Shown here in pieces: positions 53,505 through 64,000 of a stretch of 64,000 nucleotides of DNA. The translations under genes were made by a program, and so were the position numbers. The notes beneath the pieces were generated by a model that had not been told where the DNA came from, did no database searches, and saw only the letters and a program-made list of their open reading frames with translations. The stretch spans positions 27,776,001 to 27,840,000 of the forward strand of contig OX597832.1 of assembly GCA_951406725.2 (NCBI GenBank), read 5' to 3'. The first letter of the stretch is position 1; every line of letters starts with the position of its first letter. This DNA comes from Octopus vulgaris. Lineage: Eukaryota.

Positions 53505-54807
53505 GGTTAAGATGTTTAACTGGCTGTAGTAAGGTTGTGAATTCAGTTCCTGGATTGTGTTGTGGCCTTGAGCAAGATATTTCATTTGAGATTGCTCCAG
53601 TCTTGAAAATGAGCGTCAAACAAGTGTTGGGACTGCTCTCTTCCTCTCTGCTTGTAACATCTTGAATGCTCCATTGGGTCAAAGGTGTAAGGGGCCAAGA
53701 AGGAGCCTATGTCATTTTTGTTACTACACAGGCCCCTAAAGCAATTCATGAATGTATGATACATGTCACCAAGCTATATCCATTTCTGAGTGATGGCTAT
53801 AGGTCTTTTTTGTAGTTTATTATTTTTTTTATTGTGCTGGTGCCACATAGAATGCACCCTTGCTGGTGCCACATAAGGAGCACCCGAGCTGGCACCACAT
53901 AAAAAAAGCACCCAGTGCACTCTAAAGAATGGTTGACATTAGCAAGGGCATCCAGCCATAGAAACCATGCCAAAGCCAAAACAGACGGCTGGAACCTGGT
54001 GCTGCCCTCCAGCTTGCCGGTTGCTGTTAAGTCATCCAACCCATGCCAGCATGGAAAGCAGATGTTAAATAGTGATGATGATGATAGTGTGGTCTGCTGG
54101 TAATTTGGTTGCTATTTCTAGCAAGTTGATTAAGTGCCTAATGACTTCCTTGTTGGTAGTAGTGGGAGTTGTACTAGTAAAGAAAATATAGATGTGCCCT
54201 TTAAACTTGCAGGGTTTCGTTGTGGTTTAACCCTCACATCAGTCTTACTCAGGCAGATGGTGGTGATGGCCATATTTAATTATCGACCAAAAACCTATTG
54301 TGACCATCATTACTGACCTATCACTTGTAGTGACCATCACTTCAGAACTACCACTGAGCTCTAATTTTTGCGCCTATTCTTTATCCTTAAGTATTATGTC
54401 CATATCTAAGGTGAGGAAATGGATGCTCCTGGCTTCTTTCCTCCGCAGTTGATTGGCCAGCCGTAAGGAAGGTCATCTGTTGTGTAAATGCAATGATAGA
54501 TTGCTACCCCAACATTTGTAAACCTAGCCAATCCATGCTGTTTTTCGAAAAATCTTTTTCTTACTTAGCTTTTTGTCTACTTGTTTCAGTCATTGGCCTC
54601 TGGCCACACTGAGGCGCCATCTTGCACAAATTGACCCCAGGACTTATTCCTTGAAGTCAGGAATATATTCCATTGGTTTTCTTTACCAGACTGCTAAGTT
54701 AAGGGGACATAAACAAACCAACATCAGTTATAAAGGAATGCTAGTGGTGCAAACACAGATACAAAGATACACATACATGCATATATAAATATATGTGTGT
54801 GTGTATA

Positions 54808-54840
<33 letters not shown>

Positions 54841-54939
54841 TTCGTTTTGGAAGTCACTTGACCCTGTTATCTCCCCTACTGTCCCTCTAGCGTCTGACCA
54901 CTGCCCGACGGCATGATAGATCGTTAGCTCCTACATGCA

Positions 54940-55095
54940 TTTTTTTTTCTCCTTGTTTTTTTCTGTGTATCTTTCTGTCGAAGAGCATAGGCTCGAAACG
55001 TAAAAGACTTTTTCTATTCCTGAGCGCTATACTAATACATTTGTTTGTTTGTACTCCACCTGCCTTCGTCTTTTGTTTATTTTCGTAAACCTTCC
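54940..55095 (+). mobile_element. Short interspersed repeat carrying a variant hammerhead-like motif (also at ~17030, ~37780, ~45165)
   Basis: Four related copies: TTTCTCTCCTTG...CTTTCTGTCGAAGAGCATAGGCTCGAAACGTAAAAGAC...CTTTTGTTTATTTTCGTAAA. Confidence 0.65.
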
Positions 55096-56289
55096 CATTA
55101 TATTCAACCAAATCCACTCAGAAGGCTTTGGTTGGCCCAAGGCTATAATAGAAGGCACTTGCTCAAGGTGTTACACAGTGGGATTGAACACGGGACCGTG
55201 GGGTTGGGAAGCAAGCTTTTTACCACACAGCCACTGACTTGTTCCCATACAATTTCCTTCCCATACAAATTCACTTACAAAGGCATTGGTTACTCTGGGG
55301 CCATAATACAAGAGTATAAGGACAGACCCTTGCGTTGGGTGCTGTGAACTGGGACTGAAACGAAAAGCACAGGATTCCAATATTAGCTCCTTAAACTGCG
55401 TAGCCATAGCTGCGCCTATTCTGATCTTGAAAAACTAAAGGAAGGAAATATGCGAATCATGAACAACGCAGATAATTAATTAGGACAGCTAATTAGTTAA
55501 CGAATGATTTAATTAGGCTAATACATGTTACATATCACAAGTTATAAAAGTCTGTATGTTGAAAGGAAGAGAGAGAGAGACGTATATAACGATTGTGTGT
55601 GTGAGGAAGAATTTGATCTTCGCACTGATAGCTACAGAGGTTAGCATAATTAATTGTTCAACCAAACTTCGTGGGTTGTGAATTCAAATTCCACTTCATT
55701 CAGACATTTATTTAGCGTGTCGTTATGAATGGTTAGGGAATCCAGCTCATGATCATAGAATCGTGAGTTCGGTTCCTGGCAGTGCACTGTGTTCTTGAGC
55801 AAGACACTTTATTTCACTTTGCTCCAGTCCACTTGGGCGGCAAAAATGAGTTGTACTCGTGATTTCAAAGGGGTCAGCCTTGTCACATTCTGTGTCGCGC
55901 TGAATCTCCCAAAGAACTACATTAAGGGAGAGCATGTCTGTGGAGTACTCAGCCACCTGTATGTTAATTTCAGAAGCAGGCTGTTCCATTGATCGGATCA
56001 ACTGGATCCCTGGTAGTCATAATCGGTAGAGCGCCAGTTCTAGTTGATGCAAAGCTCGTTAACTCTTGCCTTAGCTTATCTGCTGTGGAAGGGATTAGCG
56101 TATTGGGTGTGTGGGGTGTGAGGCAGATTAGGGAGTGATGGGAAGAGGAGAGTGTGTCAGATAGAGCTGAGAGGAGCAGCGTTGACAGAGGTGAGGGCCA
56201 GCACATGGTGTGTGAAGGCAAAGGTTGTAGTGTGTTGGTCGGTGGATCAACCAACTGACTGTTGTGTGAATGATGTGGTGAGCTGGCCA

Positions 56290-56521
56290 AGGCGGCAAGC
56301 TGGCAGAAACGTTAGCACGCCGGGTGAAATACTTAGCAGTATTTCGTCTGCCATTATGTTCTGAGTTCAAATTCCGCCGAGGTCGACTTTGCTTTTCATC
56401 CTTTAGGGGTCGATAAATTAAGTACCAGTTACGCAATGGGGTCGATATAATCGACTTAATCCGTTTGTCTGTCCTTGTTTGTCCCCTCTGTGTTTAGCCC
56501 CTTGTGGGTAGTAGAGAAATA
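56290..56521 (+). mobile_element. Family B SINE, full length
   Basis: Head, central domain and tail present. Confidence 0.9.
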
Positions 56522-56961
56522 GAATGATGTTTGAGTGGACAGGGCAGTGAGAACACTGCTCTATTGTGTCACACACACACACACACACACTCAATACAAG
56601 GGCAAACAATTCACCAGAAAAAATAATTCTTGTAAAATTAATTTGCTAAGATGTTATTAATTTTGTTATTATTATCTGGAATGACTATTTTAAAAAAATG
56701 ATAATGACAGAATCAATAATATAGGCGATTACAGGCCCAAGAAAAGCATTAAATAGCCGAAGGATTAAAATTAATCAAAGGACATATTAAGTATGTCTCC
56801 TTGCTGGAAATAACAGTCAAAACCCATATTTAAATTGCCAAAGTACACTGATGATAACTACAGAAATCAACTGAAAGCAGATGAGGTTAATTAAATCTCC
56901 TAATGTATGTTTAATTATATGGACATTTAAGTATGTATATATATATATATATATATATATA

Positions 56962-57369
56962 CTCTTTACTCTCTTTTACTCTTTTACTTGTTTCAGTCAT
57001 TTGACTGTGGCCATGCTGGAGCACCATCTTTAGTCGAGCAAATCGACCCCAGGACTTATTCTTTGTAAGCCTAGTACTTATTCTATCGGTCTCTTTTGCT
57101 GAACCACTAAGTTACGGGGATGTAAACACACCAGCATCGGTTGTCAAGCGATGTTGGGGGGAGGGGGGGCACAAACACATACACACACATACATACATAT
57201 ACATATATACGACGGGCTTCTTTCAGTTTCCGTCTACCAAATCCACTCACAAGGCTTTGGTCGGCCCAAGGCTATAGTAGAAGACACTTGTCCAAGGTAC
57301 TACGCAGTGGGACTGAACCCTGAACCATGTGGTCGGTAAGCAAGCTACTTACCACACAGCCACTCCTAC
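56962..57369 (-). mobile_element. Family A SINE, full length
   Basis: Head, body and tandem GAGTAAAA tail. Confidence 0.9.
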
Positions 57370-57371
57370 AA

Positions 57372-57457
<86 letters not shown>

Positions 57458-57679
57458 GTGTGTGTATATATATATGTATATATGTGTATATATATATATA
57501 TATATATGTATCATCATCATCATCGTTTAACGTCCGCTTTCCATGCTAGCATGGGTTGGACGGTTCAACTGGGGTCTGGGAAGCCCGAAGGCTGCACCAG
57601 GCCAGTCAGATGTGGCAGTGTTTCTACAGCTGGATGCCCTTCCTAACGATGTATATATATATATATATATATGTATATA

Positions 57680-57724
<45 letters not shown>

Positions 57725-57743
57725 ATATATATATATGTATGTG

Positions 57744-57881
<138 letters not shown>

Positions 57882-59339
57882 GGTATGTAGAAAAATACAA
57901 CATGGACAAGAACGTATAACTCTTAGAAGACGATACAATAAACAGAGAGGACATTCGAAACCCTCAGTCTTCAGTCAAGAACCGGATCATCGTAGTAATT
58001 TCGGTTGATTAATCTTGAGATTACTAGATCACGGCCAGCCCTCCAAGAAAAACTAAGCAACGAGCATTAGAAAAACTAAGCTGGGAGCGTAGATTTCCTG
58101 GAAGAAGGATCGAATGCATACGAACACCGGGACAGCAAAAGGATATATATATATAGCAGATTCTGCCCCACCATTATCATCACATCTATGAAAGATGTTC
58201 TCCTTGGAGGCACCCAGTCTCTAGTTCACATCTGTGGTAACACCACCACCACCACCAACACCACCTTGCTCCTGCTGCCTCTACTACTAATACTACTACC
58301 ATTACTATGACCACAAGCATCAGTCATCACCACTACTACTACTACCACCACCACCGCCGCCGCCACCACTCCTCTGTTGTTGAATTGTAAACTTAACCTG
58401 ATTCCTACCACATGGTTTGTCGTTGTTGTTGCTGCTGTTGTTGTTGTTGTTTTGGCTTTGTTTTCATTTAATTTCCTCCTGCTGAGTGTGCTTCTTTATC
58501 ATGGTTTAGATAATCTATTGTTGTAGCAGTAGTAGTAGCAGTAGTAGTAGTAGTAGTCATATTAATATTGATGGCTGTACTAGTGGGGGTGGTGGTGGTA
58601 ATGCGGAAGTAGTTGTTGTGGTGTTAGTAGTATCTGTATCAATAATGGTGGTCATATATATATATATATATATTATGGATAGTAGTTGGTTGTCATAGTA
58701 ACAATGGTGGTGGTGGTGGTGGTAAGTATAGTATAGGTTGTTGTAACTTCAGTGGTGGCTGTTGCAGTCGGAATCTATGATAAAAGTTGTTGTTGTTGGT
58801 GGTGGTGTCTGTGTGTCCTGCACTTTTCCCCTGTCCATCTGTCCGTTTCTAGGTTTATCTCTTTGATGTCTGTTTGTCCATCTGTCTGTCTGTTTGTCCA
58901 CATGTCTGTCTGTCCATCTAACTGTTTCTTAGTTTATCTCTTCATCCTTTTGTCCATCTGTCTGTCTGTCTGTCTGGTTCTCCATCTGTCTGTCTGTCTG
59001 TCTGGTTGTCCATCTGTCTTGTCTGTCTGTCCTCAATTCCACATTTCAGACATTTCCAATATATGATTGTAATCTCAGAAATTGTGGTCCCTAAGGACGG
59101 CCCCTAAGTCCCTGAGGGGTTCTGCAGCATCAGACAACCCTGATTAACTGTCAACAGATCCTTATGTAACTACCAAGTTTTCTCATCGCAAAAGGTCCGA
59201 CTTAGCTGTCAGGTCATGTGACTACAGGACCCTATATAAATATCAAGCTCTCTTATAACACGGGGACCCTGCTCTGCTCATGTGGTCTCAGACAATCTTC
59301 CACGACTGCCACTAGCTAAAATCCTAATCCTAATTACCT

Positions 59340-59549
59340 ATTTCTTTACTACCCACAAGGGACTAAACACAGAGGGGACAAACAAGGACAGACAAACAGA
59401 TTAAGTTGATTATATCGCCCCCATTTCGTAACTGGTACTTATTTAATCGACCCCGAAAGGATGAAAGGCAAAGTCAACCTCGGCGGAATTTGAACTTAGA
59501 ACGTAACGGCAGACGAAATACGGATACGTCTCTGCCAGCTCGCCGCCTT
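59340..59549 (-). mobile_element. Family B SINE with deletion in head
   Basis: Reverse complement of the other family B copies. Confidence 0.85.
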
Positions 59550-60122
59550 AAAATCCTAATCTTAATTACCTTTAATAAATTCTTTAGCCTATTTTGTTGA
59601 AGTTCTCTGAAGCTCAACCTTGGTCCTTCATTGGTAAATAAACCCCTCAACATACGACTTCTTTCTCTGCAACCCCTTACGCGCTGACGCAGTATAAAGA
59701 CATGATTTGGGACTTGCTATTTAGGGCCATTTATGTTGTTGTTGTTCTAGGAGGAGATTTAATGTACTTGATGCCCAGCACTCAATAACCCCAGGTTTGC
59801 GCGCGTGTGTGTGTGTGTTAAATACTCTTAATTTGAGGTGTGGGTATGTATTCTGTATTTGGTATGTGTATGAATGTGTATGTTTTAGTATGTGTGTGTA
59901 AATATGTATGTAATGTTGTTTTTCTTTAACCCCATGTCAGCCCTAGCTGGACAGACCTTATGATCAAAGACATTCCAGCTGTGGCCATCCTGTCTTAGAT
60001 TTATGACTACATTGCCAAACTATTTCCTTCCTTTTTTTTAGTTATTTGCAAGAATTTGTCTGGCCAGAGTCTCTCTCCCTACTTCATGTTTTGTTATGTC
60101 TGTGTGTCTTCATATTCACTTA

Positions 60123-60154
<32 letters not shown>

Positions 60155-62271
60155 TTATTAAGATGTACTTTATATGTATGTGTGTATGTCTGAATATCAA
60201 TGTGTGCACTTGTCTGTCTAAATATGTACTTGATATATAGCTGTGTGTGTATATATATATATATATGACTGTGTATTAATGTAGTGTAAGTATGTGTATG
60301 CCTGGTTATCATGCAGTTTGTGTGTGTCTGTCTATGTGTATTACGTACTTTGCGTGTTTGTATATTACGTACTCTGTATATATGTGTCTTTGTGTTAATG
60401 TGTGTGTTTACATACACTTCATGTGCGCGCGCGTGTGTGTGTGTGTGTGCATCTTTTGAGTTTGTAAGAGAATATATTTCCTGTAAATATATAATTATAT
60501 TTCCTGTGTCTGTATTTATATATACTCAGTGTGTGTGCCTGTATGTTCCATTTTATGTATGTATGTATGGATGTATATGTTATATGCGTGTGTAATATAA
60601 TTGCACAATGCTTCTGTTTATATGTATGTCATGTTATGTTTGTATGACTTTGTATCTAAAAGTAATTTTGTGACCATTCCCATCACACCCTAGCACGCAA
60701 GTCACACGCATCTTCCAAACTAGAATACAGTTCCTGCTTACCAGGAAACCATAAGTTCAATTTCCATGTAAAAGAGTCATCGTCATTTTCTGTTGCAAAC
60801 ACTTCTGAAAAGTGTAATGTATTGTTTTAGATTTTTTCCCCCGTTATGGTCAATTTTTTCCCCATTATGGTCAATTTGCCGGTGCTAGTGAGATACATTT
60901 TGAGATCAGTTCATGTGTTTAAATCTTATGGAGATTGGTAAGTTAAATATTTATGAAATATTTGGTTAATTTAACAAATCAACTCTCCCCTCGTTAATTT
61001 TGTAACCTTGCACTGATGTTAGAAGTCGCTAATGTTTATATTAATTACCAGTTTAACCAAATATCTCCTCTCTTGTAAGACAACTATTTCTGTCCCTCTG
61101 TTACACTCCAACTTCTCCCCTGGGACACATTCACTGCTCTCGGTTCTACTCCTTCCCTCTCTCAGCTGCGAGGCCTTTGTCTTGCAAGCTGCTTTGCAAC
61201 CCCACTGGTGCTGGTGCCACAGAAAAAAACACCTGTGCTAGTGCCATGAAAAAAAGCACCCAGTACACTCTGTAAAGTGGTTGGTGTTAGGAAGGGTATC
61301 CAGCCATAGGAACCACACAGAACAGACAATTGGAGCCAGCTCCTGTCAAATCATCCAGCTCATGCCAGTATATAAAACAAATGTTAAATGATAATGGTGA
61401 TATATATATATTTATGTGTGTGTGTGTGTGTGTACAGAGGTGGGTGGACAAATGAAAGAAAAGAGCACTCAATACATGTCATGGAGTTTGATTATTTGTG
61501 CTAACCGTTTGACTTAGAGCTGCGCTATTGCTTGTTTCACACATGCAAAGATCCCACTTCATTGTTCATACGCAAAGGTATGTATCTTACCTGATACATT
61601 CCTGTTCAAACCATCGTCTCTTTGTTAACTTCTTATCTCTCTAACATTTGTCTCTGTCACACGTTTGTATCACTTATGCTCTGTCTATTTCAATCAATGC
61701 AATCATTCATCTCTCCTGCCTTCTCATCTTTTCACTTAATTTCCTTTCACTTTGCTGCACTTTGTTGCACCTGCAATTAGTGGTAGTACCGGACTTGTGT
61801 ATGTCCTACCACTTCGACTGCCACCCTGTTCACTTTGCCTCTCTCTCCAATTATGACATATGTATGAGGAATTGCATCTGGCCTCTTTGTATCTAACATA
61901 CCCAATCATCACCCTTTCTGTACTACCAGCCATCACTCCCTCTCCCTCAGACCGTCCATTGTTTACATCCTTCAGTCTCTCTTACCAGCCCCCATCTCTG
62001 TTACCATCCGTTACCCAATCTCTTACACCAACAAACATGTAGCTACCAATACTGTATCTCTTCCATTACTCCACCAGCAACACTCTCCTATTTCTTGACA
62101 CTCACTCTCCCCCACCATACCGTTTCTCCCATCACTTCTCTCACCCACTCACTCTGTCTGGCCCCACAGTTATTGCTCTGTCTGTCTGTCTCTCTCTTTT
62201 GTTTTCCCCATCCCTGAGTCTTGCTGCTTTGAACGGGTAGAGACACCTCAGAGTTGTGTGTGTGTACTCTC

Positions 62272-62485
62272 TCTCTTTTTACTCTTTTTACTTGTTTCAG
62301 TCATTTGACCGCGGCCATGCTGGAGCACCGCCTTTAGTCGAGCAAATCGACCCCGGGACTTATTCTTTGTAAGCCCAGTACTTATTCTATCGGTCTCTTT
62401 TGCTGAACCGCTAAGTGACGGGGACATAAACACACCAGCATCGGTTGTCAAGCAATGCTAGGGGGACAATCACACAAACACACAA

Positions 62486-62520
<35 letters not shown>

Positions 62521-62660
62521 CATATATACGACAGGCTTCTTTCAGTTTCCGTCTACCAAATCCACTCACAAGGCATTGGTCGGCCCGGGGCTATAGCAGA
62601 ATACACTTGCCCAAGATGCCACGCAGTGGGACTGAACCCGGAACCATGTGGTTGGTTAGC
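62272..62660 (-). mobile_element. Family A SINE, slightly 5'-truncated
   Basis: Near-identical to 3204-3608. Confidence 0.9.
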
Positions 62661-62789
62661 AATGTCTCTGTGGCTATTTTCTTTCAAGCCTTACAAGTTT
62701 ATGCTTGAATTATCATAATAACCCCATCAGCAGCGAGAAACAAAAAAATCCCCAAAAAATAGAATAAAACTTTTAATGATAAACCATAC

Positions 62790-62962
62790 AACTATTCAGG
62801 CCACTTCCGTAAACTGGTTCCAAATTATCTGAAATTAGCAAATATTTGTTTATATCAAAATAATACAGAATTCTACTTCGTATTTTCCCAATTTTTTACT
62901 AATTTTTGTCAAATTTTCACGAAATGAGCTGAAACCAGATGACGGATATGCCTTGAATAATT
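62790..62962. mobile_element. Possible old MITE
   Basis: Degenerate inverted ends AACTATTCAGGCCACTTCCGTAAACTGGTT / AACCAGATGACGGATATGCCTTGAATAATT. Confidence 0.45.
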
Positions 62963-63259
62963 AAATAAGTTCATCAATAAATGATATTTAGTCCAACTTG
63001 TGTATCTATACTGTGTTCATTACACACACTAGTGAAGTTAGAGCGTGTGCTGCCCCAGATGGCTGTTCCGTTTGCCACTCCCAGACCTCACAGTAAAACA
63101 CATATTGCCTGCAGCACACTCAAAAGTGCCACTCCTTTAAAAGTGCTGCCCAGGGTAGGCCACCCCTACCACCACCACTCCAGCTATACTAGTACGCACA
63201 CACACACGCGCACACACACACACACACACACGCACACTAGTGTATCTAGAGTGTGTGCT

Positions 63260-63520
63260 GTCACAGGTGCCAGGGGAGGCTGGCAACAGCCACGATCAGT
63301 TGGTGCCTTTTACGTGCCACCAGCACGGAAGCCAGTCAAGGTGGTGCTGGCATCGGCCACATATGGATGGTGCTTTTTTAGGTGCCACTGGCACAGGTGC
63401 CTAGGGAGGCTGGCAATGGCCATGATCGGTTGGTGCCTTTTACGTGCCACCAGCACGGAAGCCAGTCAAGGCGGCGCTGGCATCGGCCACATACGGATGG
63501 TGCATTTTACATGCCATGTG
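63260..63520 (-). repeat. Tandem internal units of family C
   Basis: Repeated GGTGC(C/T)TTTTACGTGCCACCAGCAC units; a two-unit block is duplicated. Confidence 0.75.
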
Positions 63521-64000
63521 ATGATCTAAACTAGCCAATCAGAATGAGCTCTATTCATCATCGAGTAACAACCGGATTTAAAGGCTTTGGTAGATTCATA
63601 ACTCAGAAAGAAGCACCGAAATGGTTGGGAGCGTCGGGTTACTTCCTTTCTGTGAAACATTGAGTGATGCAATTCTGTGACCAGGAAGTTCTCTTTGCGA
63701 GTATATACAAGCAAAGGAACTAGTTTCTTGGTGCAGAGGAGATACATGGCTATCCTGTATTATTACGTAAAGGTGGAAATAATTGGGGACTAAGCTGGAG
63801 AGCTGAAGATTAGTGGGGACAAGGTGTCAGAGCATACTCTTAAGGTACAAGAGAGATTTGGGGGACAGAAGATCAAGAAGGGAGGGTGGGTAAAGTATAT
63901 TATTTATGTGTAAATTTAGTCATTTGGTATCATTTAGATTACTTATCTGAGTTTGCAGGTTGGCAAAACAACAAAACAAGGTATGGCCGGAAAAAAAATA

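Noticed and set aside
63526-63747. 73-aa minus-strand ORF in unique sequence
   Set aside because: No recognisable motif or convincing splice boundaries.

Overview
AT-rich, repeat-saturated eukaryotic DNA. The SINE families and extreme (TA)n/(CA)n/(TCTA)n density point to an octopus (cephalopod) genome; this is inferred from pattern recognition, not a search. Almost all ORFs in the supplied track are microsatellite or SINE artefacts. Supportable content: (1) dozens of copies of three to four SINE-like families; (2) decayed autonomous-element fragments (DD37D maT transposase, mariner transposase, Helitron PIF1 helicase, CR1/L2-like and RTE-like LINE pieces); (3) several MITEs (piggyBac-like, hAT-like, long-TIR); (4) at least four type-I hammerhead-ribozyme motifs plus three 130-160 bp fold-backs that look like head-to-head hammerhead modules (probable Penelope-like remnants); (5) plus-strand candidate exons at 13.3-33 kb, including a two-exon 56-aa single-pass membrane smORF and three 5' modules that could all splice in phase 2 to one short acidic exon. 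No known gene could be named. Parts of the window (34.4-36.2 kb) look mis-assembled, so frameshifts here should be treated cautiously.
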